Positions 43,320 through 56,908 are shown, counted from the stretch's first letter. The stretch: DNA of 64,000 nt from Phoronis australis (GCA_002633005.1 NMRA01000157.1:466988-530987), one strand, 5' to 3'. The notes: generated from the letters alone by a model not told the origin. Program-made: numbers and translations.

Positions 43320-45745
43320 ATCCATTTACAGAAGCCACGTAAACAGTGAAATATATGGATTAAATAGAGAACTCTGAGCATTTCCAATTGCCCAATAAAA
43401 TGACACCATTTCCAGTCAGTAGAACAGCGTATAAAATTACTAAAAACAAAACAAAAAATATGCCGAGAAACACTAACCAAAGCATTGTTGGATTCATCTG
43501 TGAATGAAAATAAAAAACAATTTTGGAACTTGGTGAAAGGTAACAAAGAAGAACGGTCTTCAAATATTACACATACACAATGGTATAACAGTTTTAAAAA
43601 CTTTATACTTCTCACACTAGAGATTATGATGTATTTTTTTCTCAGTTTCATATATATGTTGAACAGTTTAATCACTTCTATGAGTCAGAAGAAGCGATGC
43701 ATAACTTGGATGACCAGTAAGTTTTTAATAAAATTATTACTTTTGGTGAAGTAGATAAGTGTATGAATGACACGAAATTGGGTAAAGCTGCTGGAAATGA
43801 TGGCGTTTCGTCGTTGGAATTTTTCAAGTTCGCAACACCCGCATTTAAACAGTCTCTCGTTTGTCTATATAATAAAAAAATTGATACGGGGAATTACCCA
43901 TCTCAATGGAATTCAGGTATTATAGTCCCGGTGTTCAAGTCTGAAAATAAGAATGACGCCCTGATAGTTACAGAGGAATCCCGCTCAGTGTTACAGGTGG
44001 CTGGCAAGAATGGCCGGTTGTTATGTAACCGACTCCATTCATGGGCGGATGCGAATAATATTGTGTGTGAGGCTCAAGCTGGTTTCAGGGAGGGGTATTC
44101 CACAGTAGATAACATGTTTATTCTAGATACACTACTTAATAACAAATATCTATTGAAACGTAAAGGCCGGTTCTATTGTCCTTTTGTTGACTTTAAAAAA
44201 GCGTTCGACTGGGTCTGGTGAGATGATCTTAAGTATAAAATGTCAAGTTTTGAAATATATGGAAAAATGCTAAAAATTCTAAATAATATGTATGAAAATG
44301 TTAAGTCTTGCTGAAAGGGGAAGGTTACGTAACCGATTTCTTCCAATATACGATGGGTGTAAGACAAGGGTGTCAATTATCTCCCTTTTCTCGCTATTTA
44401 TAAATGATTTAGAAAGTGATTTACAAAATGTAAAGGGCTCGTGTAAATATTGGAATATTGAATTTATATTTGTTGTTTGCCGATGATTTGGTTCTCGTCG
44501 CTGAAACCGCTATTGCCATGCAAAGATTAATAACCAAACTAGAAGAATATTGTAATAAATGGAAGCTTCGTGTGAATATGTCGAAGGCAAAAATTATAGT
44601 CTTTAGAAAAGGGGGATACTTGAGAACTTATGAAAAGTGGAAGTTATTTGGCGAAATTGCAGAAACGACTTCAGAGTATAATTATTTGGGTATCAAGTTT
44701 ACTCCTAAAGGTGTATATACGAAGACGCAGAAAACGTTAGCTGACAAAGCGGCAAAGGCTATTTTTGTACCACTGAAAAAGCACATGTTTAAGTACAATG
44801 AAATTCCTGTGCAAATGTAGTTTAAAATGTTTGATACAAAAATATTACCGATCTTGTTATATGGTTCTGAGATTTGGGGATTTCACCCCGCACAAGACAT
44901 TGAAATCGTACAAAATAAATTTTGCAAATTTTTGTTGGGACTTGGCCAGCATGTCTCAAACGCTGCAGTGAGGGGAGAGCTTGGTAGAGTGACAATGAAG
45001 GCTATTATTGAGAATTGTTAAATACTGGTTAAAAATTATCAATTTTACCAAGCCATCGTTATGTTAGGGTATGCTACAATGTGCAATATGAAATGGCTGA
45101 GCAAAATAAGTCTTGCTGGGCTCTAAATGTTAAACGATTGTTATTTGCTTATGGTTTTGGAGTTGTTTGGATACAACAAGATGTGGGCGACGCTGCCTCA
45201 TTTATAAGTGAATTTAAACAACGATGCTTTGATATTGACATCCAGGATTGGAGAAACAATATTTTTTCTCAATCTTTAGGTGTTTACAAAACTATTAAAT
45301 GTAACTTTGTAGTAAAAAAATACGTAATATGTTTAGAAAATAGACTTCATAGAATAGCCCTTGTAAGGTTTAGATGCTCCGCACATTCATTAATGATTAT
45401 CCAGGGAAGGTTCAGTGGATTTGACAGAGACAGATTATGTCCCTGCTGTGACAGTGGGAAAGTGGAAACGGAATTCCACTTTCTTCTCGAATGCAATTTA
45501 TATTCGAATTTACAAGTGCGGTTTTTACCAAGGCACGATAAGGTGGAAGATATAGTATTCAGAAATTTTCTACAGACTCATGACGTAAATGTTCTGAGAA
45601 AAATTGCTAGATATTTACTTAATGCGGAGAAACGCCCAAATGAGTTCCTTGATATGAATTAATTTAGACTTGAAAATTTATTGTACTCTCTTTGTGTTAC
45701 ATATTGTAATGTGGGCCGGAGGCCTGTTACATGAAATAAACCTAT
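43320..45745 (+). mobile_element. 5'-truncated, frameshifted non-LTR retrotransposon ORF2 (RT plus C-terminal CCHC; RTEX/CR1-like, clade uncertain)
   Basis: KAAGNDG, WNSGIIVPVFK, QAGFREGYSTVD, FVDFKKAFD, LLFADDLVL, LLYGSEIWG and RLCPCC..ETEFHFLLEC across several broken ORFs. GGCCGGAGGCC hairpin and AATAAA at the 3' end. Confidence 0.93.
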
Positions 45746-47518
45746 CTGTTCATCCAGACATGTGGGTTTAACAACCAAGCATTGACCAGAGTCGCACTTG
45801 AATTCAACAATTTGTGAACAAAAAACACATGATCGTGTCAGCATGAAGTATCCACCACAGTAACTAGGATGTCGCACAGGCAACGCTTTATGAAATCGAC
45901 GTTTGACCAAGTTGAAATTTGGCCAAATCTGTCTCATATGCCCCTCCCCCCAAAAACAGAGCACAAGAACTAATACACTTGTAACCATTGTTGATTGTTG
46001 TTTGCTCTTTTATGGAAGCCACATTGTTTGGAAGTGAATGTAGAAACAAAATGTGGACTTTTTCCTTTAATGACTTCCTCACTATTTCATTGATAATTAA
46101 TAAGGGACAATTACTAGGCACTTGTAAGGTGACTGGATATCTATGCTACTAGTAAACAGCTCCAAGTTGTGCAATACTACTGGAACCAGTTTTGGAAGAA
46201 AACATCAATAAATGAGAATTCACAACATGAAAATTAGTGGGTACTTAATCTGGCTAATATACAGGACTTTAGACACCAATATTATCTACTAAGTCAATTT
46301 TAACCAAAGCCTTAAAGGTAATTTTCCAATTACACAATGTGTCCAAATGATTGCCTATGCCAGATGTTTTGATACATTTTGTTTCAATCTAGTGTACTTT
46401 ATTCTGTTATATAATATCGAAGTTCAAGGTCGGTTGAGAAAGTTGAGCACCCAATGTCTCCATAGAACACTGACACCGCAAATAAATGAAGGAATGCACA
46501 AAGTCAAATATTTTTTTCTGTGTAAAAGAACGCCCTTCCCTGTTCCCATGCAAGACCCAAAGATGATGAGTTGGACATCATTAAGTGCAAGGACTCTAGT
46601 AACACAAGGTGCTGAGTAATCTCCATAATGGAAGTGTACTGAAAAGTATTGATGATTTTATAGCATAATGCATAACTGCTTATCAGCAAATGTTGCTTTG
46701 AAAGACAATGCACATATTCAACTTCATATCTATCAAAAAAGCTGTTATTAACGTATCTGGGTTTTTCAAACTGGTGTTAAATATCAAGACAAATTTCATT
46801 AATAAAATTATGTAAATCTAAAGTTGTATTTTGACGGAAGGCTGGTACATAGCAGCTTTAAAGAAGTTGTGTTTAATTCAGCAAAGACTTTTATTTACCA
46901 AAGCCTTGCACATGGCAAATGTACAGTACAAGACAAGTTTTAAGAAAACAGACAAAATAACATTTTCCCTTCGTGATTGCCAATTCTGCAAATGGCCAAA
47001 ATGAGTGATAATAACCATTATACCTGCAAAATAGTATTTTCCTGTTAGACTTACGATGAATTCAACTTCTACAGAGTTGTCACAATTGGTATAGGTGAAA
47101 TCATTGGAAATCTGTCTTTAGCATGGGTTAGGGAAAAGACAGTTTTAAAAACTACAGTAGGTGCCAAAAGTAGCCAGAGAAAATGACCCATGGCGTTATT
47201 GCGTCACGACAGCTCATCGCAAGTCAAAATTATAATCAGAGTAGCCTGACCTCAAAACAAAGAATAACGGGGAATTAACAGCATGTTAGTGAAGTGGCTT
47301 ACCGTAGTCATTTTGCAATTAAAATTTAGGCGCCAAATTAGTGATTATGATTTTCTTGCTGTTGATAGAGTAAACCCGACTAAGCCTTCACGATGGGAAA
47401 GTATATTTTGGCCGATATTACTTTTGTCATGAATTGTGGGCAAGTTACCTTTCAGGCAAACATAATTACAATTCCTTTGAATGTCTTTTAAACTACACAA
47501 CTTGTCCTCAATCGACAC

Positions 47519-50500
47519 TTAGTCATCTGACACATCCCCACCTCCAGAAAATATATTTCTCAGGAAGGATTTATTGTCACAGAGTTTTTTACTTTGAGAG
47601 TCAGCAACTGTCTTGGACTTCTTTGAACCCTTGTGCACTTTGTCCACTTTCCTTTTGCGAGACAGAATATTATCCTCTGTGTCTTTTTGTGTGAACTCCC
47701 ATGGCCTATTCTGAACCGGTTTATTTCTCTTCTCCATTTTTTTCCATATTTTATTTTTCTCCACATTTTTTATGTAAAAATTGGTTTCTTTTTTCACCTG
47801 AGAAATCTCAGTTCTCATTCTTTGTTTGTGAACTGCCTTCTCATAAGCCAGTCTCTCGTTCAAATGGGCCCATTTAAACTTGGGTAAATACTTCATGGTC
47901 CATATTTCATCAAACCATCGACTTCTCCGTTTTCCACCAACTTGAGTATTATTTAACGATAACGCCACTCGTTTGGCCATTTTCTTGTCCATATATTCAA
48001 GCCAACCTTCAGAAAACAGCCTGGCTTTCTTGCCCTTTTTCTGAGCTTTTTCTAAACAAAGAAGAGAAGAGTCAAGTCAGTCAACACACAACCACAACAA
48101 CAGCCACATACGTTCACAAAATTAAACCCAACCAACCTTTGGATACAAGGCCCCGGTATAAACCATTTCCCCACTTATGAGTAATTCTCAAGTACAGGAT
48201 ATACTTGATTGTGTTATAAAATACCAATTTCAGACACAATGTGGTGGAATGGAGATTTTTTATTTTCCATACAGGATATGTAAATAAAAGTAAAAAATTG
48301 CGAGATACATCTATGGAAGATTTAAAAACAGACCAAAATATTTTTACTTTACAGGACCAGAAAATCAAAACCAGAATTCTTACAGATGCAAGTATTAAAA
48401 ACATTATTTTCACTGTGCAAGACAAAAAAATCCAAGTCCAAAATTTATCATGTAAGGGTCAATACTTTATCATGTAATGGTCAATACTTTATCATGTAGG
48501 GGTCAATACTTTATCATGTAGGGGTCAATACTTAATCATGTAGGGGTCAATACTTTATCATGTAGGGGTCAATACTTTATCATGTAGGGGTCAATACTTT
48601 ATCATGTAGGGGTCAATACTTTATCATGTAGGGGTCAATACTTTATCATGTAGGGGTCAATACTTTATCATAACATTACTGACAATTTATAGCATTACGA
48701 CTTTTTTTTTTTTATTATTTACCATGTCTGTAACAAACATTTAATACACCAAAACCAAAATTTAACATGTCAGGACAATTTAACATGCAAGGTCGGAAAA
48801 TTTATCACCCCAGAAAATTTTAATGCCATGAGACAACGGAAATTTTTTATGCTTTCACTTTCCATAGAAAAAATTAGCATCATCGTCAGGGATCCTCGCT
48901 GTGAAAATCGCCAGGTCACATTTCGCGACAGACCCCAAATCCCAGGTCGCATTTTCAAAATCCAACTCGCATTCATAATTGCCAGGTCGCAAAAATTTCT
49001 CGCCAATTTTATGAGCCAAAATTGATTTTTGTAGATCATCGAGAAAAGAGCTCCAGGCTAGTTGCTGACGTGAAAGTTGAATCAGTGCTCTCTATCACAT
49101 AGCTAAGTTTGCAATGTGGGAAAGGAAGAAAGGCTCGTTGAAAAAGAAGTTCACCATTTTACTAAGTCTGACCTTCAACATGACTGTCGTGAAAGATCTA
49201 AACAAATGTTTCAAAAACATCCTGTCAAAAAAATCCGGGTAACGTTGCCCTAGCTGAATGGCGTATTCGGAACAATTCTGTGGAAAAGTTCACAACAAAA
49301 ATATGGCACTTATACAGTTTATTTACTCAACAATTATTTTTCCATGAAGTGAAATGCCATGTAATAATTCCTGACTCCACGAGGGTTTCCATCGGCAAAT
49401 TTGAGTTTGCTCCTCAATACCTTCCTTGCATGGGAAAAATAGGTCAGTCTCAAAACAACACGCACATCACTAGTGTTAACTTTCTTTTGTAGGCATAAAA
49501 CAAAGCTGAGGTTTGGTTTTTACAGATTTTTTGAAAACTAAATTGGTTGCGTAAAATGAGAGTGACTCATATACAGGGTGCGTGTTGATTTCAAACCACG
49601 CACTATAATGGGCGCTAGTCTGAGCTGTGGGCGCTTCAATGGAAATTTGCAAAATCAGGGGAAACACTTAGTAGAGCAGTGGGCACTTATTATGAAACAC
49701 TTTGAAAGTAGGGGGTAGGCCCTTTTGTAAGCATAGTGTGAGTGTTTACGGTACGGTCATAAGATATTGAAAGACTGCAATAGTAAGAAATAATTGGATC
49801 TTGACTGGTAGGGGTGATTTTCGGCCAATCTTTACCACCTACACTGTACCTTTTATAGCCTCACCCACGAATAATTCTGTTTTTAATTGCCCGCCTCAGC
49901 CAGAACTAGATTCTTTCTATAGGAGTCTTAAAATTTCACCTTGTGGACCAGGGAGTGAAAAATTGGCGGGGTGTATGAAGAGAATACTGGGCTTTTTGGG
50001 AAGATTTTTGTGCTTGGACAGCGAATTTGTTGTGAAGTTGCTGGAGCAGGACAATGTAAATGGTATTAGAAGAAATGGTTTCTTGACCCTGTTTTGTGTA
50101 AATTTATTGAGTTTTGAGTTTGATACGGACGGCTGAAGTGAACCACCCGTGGAATTCCTAGTCTTGAGAGTCATATCTTGCATGTGTGTTAGGGACGATC
50201 AGAAGCTGAGGATGCCTGTGCAGTAAACAACCATTTGTATCCACAACTGTGCCCTTCGATCAATGAATTAGCTTGACTTTAGTTGTACCATGGTCACACA
50301 CGCATGCGGCAAGGGATAGTAGTGTCCGTCTTTGATCTAGGCTGATCGACCCCTAGAGCAGAGTATCCTCTGTTCTGATACAAGTCCGACACAGAACAGT
50401 AAAAGACTATATGGATGCAATTTTTGTTTTCGGTCGATGGAACAGGATGACCTTTGACTTGAGTTTGGTGTGCCAGATGGAGTACCAAACCTCCAGTTTT

Positions 50501-51390
50501 GATAATGGCAAATAATGCACATAGGAGGCGCGCTTGGACAACTAGTCTGGAGAGTACAGTGACTAAGTGAGTAGTGCATCTGATGCTGGGTTGTCACTTT
50601 CTTGTGGAGAAGCAGAGCTCATCTGAGCAAACTGAGATACCTGGACTTTGACTCTTGGGTCAACTGGTGGAAGGTCGTTTGACATAAATCAAGAACACTG
50701 AAGAACAGCAACTAATTGAGGACAGACCCCCCACCCTTCACGGTACTATTAGTGGTACAAAAGTGAATGTGAATAGTACAGGATTTAATTCACAGGCAAC
50801 CTCAGCTTCTGATCGTCCCCAATACACTACATATAGTACGACACTCCGGTTTGTCGTGTAAAGTCATGATGTTGATAACACCGTCCATCCGTAATTCATC
50901 GGTAATTTCCGTACCGTCCTTGACCTTGAGCCGTCAGTTGTAAGTGTGTTTGGACTTTTTGGGAACATTTTTGTTCTTTGACTGCGAATTTCTTACGAAG
51001 TCGCCGGAACAGGACACCGTATTGGGAGAAAGAACAATTCTTCATGGTTTGTTGAACGTTTGTTTTGTGTAAATTTATTGGGATTTGTGTATACTATGAA
51101 CGGCTGAAGTGAAGCACCCGTGGAATTTCTTGTCCGGAGTGTCATACCTTATTATGTAGTGTATTGGGGACGGTCAGAAGCTGAGGATGCCTGTGGTTTA
51201 ATTTAAATTTACCATCAGGCTGTAGAAATATTCGTCCAGTAGCGCCAAATTCAGAAAATATTTGTCGGATCTTTTTAACGCTCATGTAGGGTGGAATTCT
51301 ACTAAAATAAATAATTCCAGGCTCAAGAGGTTTTTCGGTGAAGACATCCACCTTTTTCATAGCACCTTCTTCCTCATCCTTGTCCGCCAT
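47519..51390 (-). CDS. ABT1: Activator of basal transcription 1 / pre-rRNA processing protein ESF2 (RRM), 2 coding exons, 236 aa
   Basis: complement(join(47519..48051,51213..51390)) with a phase-1 GT-AG intron. PGIIYFSRIPPYM..GRIFLQP, FSEGWLEY..KKMAKRVALSLNNTQVGGKRRSRW..IWTMKYLPKFKWAHLNERLAYE..RMRTEISQVKKE. Confidence 0.96.
48441..48671. repeat. 22-bp minisatellite, about 10 copies, in the ABT1 intron
   Basis: AATACTTTATCATGTAGGGGTC head-to-tail with no spacers. Confidence 0.97.
50090..51205. repeat. Three related copies of a short repeat (two direct, one inverted) in the ABT1 intron
   Basis: GGGACG(A/G)TCAGAAGCTGAGGATGCCTGTG at about 50192 and 51167, with the reverse complement at about 50791-50822. 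The direct copies share about 130 bp. Confidence 0.8.
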
Positions 51391-51639
51391 GCTTCTTTCT
51401 ATAATCTCGCGATAAAGAACGAGATTATTTCAATAACAGCGCGAAAACGGAAACGCGTATCTGGGTGTAAATATGTGGAAATGCGTACAAATACCGACAC
51501 ATAGCGTCGAGGCTGGTGAACTAGAAACTCCGCGCACTATGATTTTTTCAGTACTGCCAGATCTTGATGACAGATTGAAGACGTTACTGTGGAATTTTAG
51601 CGCTGTTGGTAAGGCATTTTTCGCCATGTAGGCCTGTAC

Positions 51640-51730
51640 GTTCGTGGACTGGGCGCTTATTTCAGCAAAGTCTCAAAACGTGTGGGGGGCGCTTATAGGG
51701 GCATGGGCGGTTATTAGGGCAAATACGGTA
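51640..51730 (-). mobile_element. Terminal fragment of the CCGTA MITE family upstream of ABT1
   Basis: Reverse complement of 27779-27865, ending GGGCGGTTATTAGGGCAAATACGG-TA. Confidence 0.85.
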
Positions 51731-52057
51731 CTAAACCATGGGGCTGGGGGGATCTATAGCCCCACTTTTTTCAGTGCTACGCCGCACATGGGGCTGAGGG
51801 GGCTTTACTTTAGCCCTCCACTTTTTCTGTACCCATGTAAAAGATCAGAAACTCGGGTGAGGAAATCCACGGGTGCTTGGCATCCATATCAAACACAAAT
51901 CTCAATAAATTTAGTACTCACAACCTGAAGGCTGAACCATGCATGCATCTAAAGGTATACTAAATATACAACTTTACGCAGTTGTGGATTTAGCCTTGGT
52001 GCAAAGCTACATACTAAATATACAGCTTTGCACTGATGTGGGTAGAAAAGTGGTAAC

Positions 52058-53250
52058 ATAAAATCTGACACAAAATTAGTGTTATTAAAGGGACAGTCTT
52101 TCTTGCATAAACTAAATTATTTAGCGGTGTTGGAACTTGAAAACAATGGCGTTCTACCATCTTATTCTGTTGCTAAAGTTGTGGAGCTATCTTTAGCAAT
52201 GGCTTTCGGCCTGTTTCTTTTACCGCCGATTCTTCAATCAACTGTGCTTCTTCCACGAGGTTGCGTAGATGTCAAATTATCGGAACTGTTTTCATTTAGT
52301 TACAAGTGTTTAGAACTTTGATACCGAAAAAAATAATTTCAGAACAAATTTTGCTGCTGCAAAGTTGTTGAAAAATTTAGGAAAAAGCGCGTGCACTTGA
52401 CATGAGCGTACTGTTTTTAAAACGACAACATACTTTTCATTGTTTCAAAAGGTCGAGAATGACATTAAGAAAATGACATTTGTTGCATTGTTTTTCACTT
52501 AAATGGTTGTAATGGGCAAGGTGAGTGTTGGTTGACTCTCAGATTTTGCATGCACCCCATTTGGTCTTTAGCTCTGCATGTTCATACAGGTTTCACGGCG
52601 AGTTGACGAGCAGAACTACCCTGGCTGTGTGCAATTTCGGGGTCAATGGAAGAAAAACACAGTGGTACCTAGGTGTATTTTGACGACTCTGTCTTCATAC
52701 AGCTAGCTGGCTGGCTAATGTGGATTCTGGGTAAATAGCCTACTGACCAAATAAAATGTGACGCAAAATTAGTGTCATTAAAAACTACACTCTCCCTGAG
52801 TAAACTAAATTAAATAATTGTGTTGGAAAAATTGGCATTCTACAGTTATCCTGTTGCGATCTAATTTGTGTTAAGGGCTTTCGGCACCATAAAATATTGT
52901 GTCACATATTGGCCAGATTCTGTTTCCACGAGGTTGCATACACCTCACAACAATTAATTGTCGGAACTGATTTCACTTCGTTACGTTAGTGTTTAATATT
53001 TCAATGCCGTCAATCGTAATTTTGGAACGAGACTTTTACTGCTTATAGGAAGCAGCTAGATGCCACATCAGCTCCCGAGAGATGTCGCAAAAAATTAGGA
53101 AATGGCACATGACATGAGGGTACTGTTTTAAAAAAACGATGACATATTTTTCATTGATACACAAGGCCGATTGAGAATGTAAGCAAAAAAGTAATGTTTC
53201 TTAGATTGTTTTTCACTTAAATGGCTGTAACATACAGGTAAGGTGAGAAA
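52058..53250. repeat. Diverged direct duplication of about 480 bp (52058-52530 and 52750-53250)
   Basis: Shared anchors in order: ACxCAAAATTAGTGT, AAACTAAATTA, GGCTTTCGGC, TTCCACGAGGTTGC, TCGGAACTG, TTGTTTTTCACTTAAATGG, AAGGTGAG. Confidence 0.75.
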
Positions 53251-54258
53251 TGGGTAAGACATCAGCCAGCACTTGACCATGTTTTTTGCTAAAAAAATCA
53301 TTATTTTCCATTAATACCGCCTTAACTTACACAAATCTAATTCTTTCTTAAGAAGGTAGTAAATTTTGTTTATTTGGTGTATTTGTACAAAATGGTGTCT
53401 GGGATTTTTTAAAGCCTTTGATGCTAAGATCTCGACTGTCAATAATGAAGACCTTTACTTTCTTTGAGAAGTTGGGAGGTTTGGATTTTTCAGCCTTGCC
53501 CAAACAAGTAGGAGACCAGGCTACATGTGTGCAAACTCACAATCTGACCATCAGCGATCTCTCTGCAGTGTATTCAGACCTGGTGCAGGATTCTATCCCC
53601 GCACATTATGGAATAACCGTTAGTGTTTTTAGGTTCCAAAAGTATCTTCACTTAATATTTTTTGACTCGTGCCTGTTGTACATTTTGTTTCTGAAAAAAT
53701 AACAAACCCAATCAGATGTATTCTGATAATATTTTCTTGTGTTCACAATATGGCGGGTTCATATGGACGTTTCCAACTTTCTAAGTCACGGAAACAGCCG
53801 AGATCCCGTTCGCACCTGTTTTCAGTGCAAATGTCTTTTAACAAGCTTCGCCCATGAGGTCAAGTGATTGTAACCATATGTATACTAACTCCGTGAGTAT
53901 TTGACTAATGATTAAAGATATTAGTAAATAACGCATACCGGTAACTAATAAATTTGTATTTTTATGGTGTTCATTTCATCTGAAAGAGGAATTGTTTTGC
54001 TAAATGTCATAATGCCATTTAGTTTAGTTAGTCAATGACATAAAACTGCGAAATAGAAATAGGTTTTCCAGTTGGTTTAAGTGCTTATGACACAATCTAT
54101 TTCACACCATCAGCCATGTAATGGAAATCTTCCTGAATTATAGTTCAAGTAACTTTCTCACATGGTCTCCTATCTCAGTTTGGTTTACTCTTAAGACTGG
54201 AAGGTTCTGAAAATAAGTTAAGCAGCATAGAAGAGATAGTGCAGGCAGCTGTAATAGA

Positions 54259-55250
54259 TACAATGTTGTGGTTGTAGGACAAGCTGGCATGGGAAAGTCC
54301 CACTGGCTTATGTGACAAGTGAAAGAAACAGTGAAAGATCATGGCAAGAAGATTGTGATGGCAGCCTGTACTGGGATGGTAACTGTGAATATTTGTGGAG
54401 AGATAGTGCATTGTTTTGCTGGCATCATGGATGGTTGTTTTTGAAATGAAGATGTTGCAAGGCAGAATAATAGCGGAGTTGGACTACAGACAGAAACAGG
54501 ATATATTTTGTTTCAGTTGGCATTCAGTAAAATCTCACTAATTCAGGACACAAAAAGGCTGGCTAATGAACTTTGATATCATCATTTTATCACAAAAGAT
54601 GTTTTGAGGCGAAATGATGGTCTGCCATTTTTATGTTTTTTATTATTGCTGCCATCGGACAGAAATTAGAAAACTATGAGCATTCACATTAATTCTTAAA
54701 GTTCCTGGATAGTGATAATTTAGGTCAGATTTTGGAAAAGCAATCCCATTTCTGGCTTCGTGTCATTTCTCACTGCCCTGGTTATCCAGCTTCTGGAAGA
54801 ATAAGGAAAAAAATCAAAATTTTGTTCTAGCCAAAAACCTGTTGCATAGTGACAATCAGGAATACCTGCTGCATTGATGCCGACCAGAAAAGAGATATTT
54901 TGTTTTTGGTGACGGGTGATAAATGGAGTAACATAAAAGTTGGCCTAACTTTTAACTCCTTCAAAGATGTTCAAAAATTTAGGTCTTTGGTTATGGAGGA
55001 AGTGCTCCGTAATCTTGGAAATATCTTAGACACAAATTGATAACAAGTATGTCTCACTTTCAGACGATATGGTTAAAGCACTCCATGAACCCAGTGGAGG
55101 AGATCTCTCACTTGAGATGAGACGAAAGATCTCATTCAACAAATGCAAAGACCACTTCCACCAGGGCCTAATCCTGTTGAAAGTGTTCGCAACTACCTTG
55201 ATAGCGAGAGAATGAACTCGGATTACCTACTTGATGTGGCTGGCGAGTAA
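54259..55250 (+). pseudogene. Decayed, apparently intron-containing PIF1-family DNA helicase
   Basis: YNVVVVGQAGMGKS..KIVMAACTGMVTVNICGEIVHCFAGIMDG (Walker A plus the PIF1 AxTG..G.T.H.FAGI motif, with stops). The later segment ETKDLIQQMQRPLPPGPNP..MNSDYLLDVAGE follows a TTTCAG acceptor at about 55063. Confidence 0.75.
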
Positions 55251-55445
55251 ACGTTTAACAAATTATTTAATTCCTAGTGCTTTAATTTCAGATGACCTTT
55301 AGTTCATGTAGTGCGTGCTTGCTTATGACACTCATTTACTTTAAAGTAGCACTCACCTTACACACAGTCCACCTTCCCTTGTCTTCTTCTCTTTGACCAA
55401 CTGATGTGCTATTGGTTGGCTGCGCTTAAACCGGCATTGGATCTT

Positions 55446-56030
55446 TTAGCCGACGTCAGCGATGGCTGTCAGAATAGCGTGCATTTGACGCTGATAGTGT
55501 TCTGGACCGGAGTTGATTACAAATGGGAGTCGTAAGTAACAATATTGTCCGAATGGAGACATGAATGTAGTGAGCAGTTGAGACAGTTCATCTGCAAGTT
55601 TGATTTGATTGAATCCATGATTCGCGTCTAACTGAGTAGAGTACTGCGTGCTAGCCATCTGCCCTAAGATATGATCAACGGTTGGCAACTGATGTCTCTC
55701 TCTCTTGACTGACTTGTTCAGCTGAGTGAAATCACAGTGCATTAGAACTTTCCCATCCTTCTTTGGGACTACGATTAACCCGGCACACCAGTCAGTGGGT
55801 TGTGAAATACGCGAGTTGTACAACAACAGATCTTGTACAATGGTAAGCTCTGCACAATAAGTCCAAAATGGTTTCAACAGTCCATCCAGTTGGTTTTTGT
55901 CATCAGGCCAACCTTCGGTCACATAATCTGCAAAATGAGAACATGCCCACGTAGCTGCTAAAGTCTCCTTCTCTGTTTGAGCATATCTTATTTCCGCGGG
56001 AGTCGAGGTACGAGACACATACGCAATAGG
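55446..56030 (-). mobile_element. Rearranged Gypsy pol fragment (RNase H, pre-integrase and RT pieces)
   Basis: AEIRYAQTEKETLAATWACSHF; EGWP..PFW..ELTIVQDLLL; WCAGLIVVPKKDGKV..DFTQLNKSVKRERHQLPTVD..LDANHGFNQI..TTFMSPFGQYCYLRLPF. Confidence 0.9.
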
Positions 56031-56611
56031 TCTCCATTATGTTGCAGTATGTTGCGTAAGTGGGATGGTTATTGATGCCGTTGTAATTCCGAGTTTGACT
56101 GAAATGATTTTCAATTAAGGTCAGTGTTGAACCTTGCTCACACAACTCCACTATTAGGGAATCTCTAGGTGCAACTTGCACACCTGTGGAAATGTCAATA
56201 GCTTAGCCAGACTTTCGTTTTTATGTTTGTAGCAGGTCTATTGTCATTGAATATTTTGACGATTACACTAATGTACTCTGCAGTAACTTGATTGCAGTGT
56301 CCAAGAACCAACCATTGGGTATTTTGATTGCCCTCATCAGGGGACAAGAAATCCTTGTTGAACATGTCTTCTCATGTTGGCTGGGCTATAAGTGGCTCTC
56401 TGTTATTTTGTGACATATGAGATGAGTATTTGTCTTCCCATTCCACTTGACTGCATCAATCTACTTTGAAAAGTATGAAAAGTTTATCATTCTCAAAAAT
56501 ACTCATACTGTACTTGCTATTTTGACATATTGTATTATCTCACTTCGTATTGTCCTCAGCTTGGATTTCTTAACAACTTTGTTTTTCCTTCTCATGCTCA
56601 GTTTAATGTCT

Positions 56612-56908
56612 ACCCTTATTTTTGAATATTCCAATTTAAACGCTCTGGCAGTAACTTGGATGCATATTGTAATAGACTTTCATCTAGGTACGGTCAAAAC
56701 TTTCCAGTTTGGGTCACTGTAAATTAATAAATTATTTGAAGTCGAATTTTGTCCCGCAAACATTTGCAATTTTGGATGCCCCTAATTCATAGACACTGAC
56801 AGCTCTTTGTATCGACGTGTAACCGATCAGTTTTTGTGAACAATCAAAATCTTTTTTTTTCAGACATTAAAAAGTGATTTCCTAATCATGAAATTTCAGA
56901 GTACATCT
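56612..56908 (+). repeat. About 295-bp near-identical direct repeat; second copy at 60555-60846
   Basis: TATTTTTGAATATTCCAATTTAAA..CTCTGGCAGTAACTTGGATGC ... GAAATTTCAGAGTACATCTC in both copies. Confidence 0.92.

Noticed and set aside
48441-48671. CRISPR array
   Set aside because: Head-to-tail 22-bp units with no spacers; an ordinary minisatellite.
48052-51212. Intronic snoRNA in ABT1
   Set aside because: I could not identify convincing paired C/D boxes or an H/ACA double hairpin by eye.
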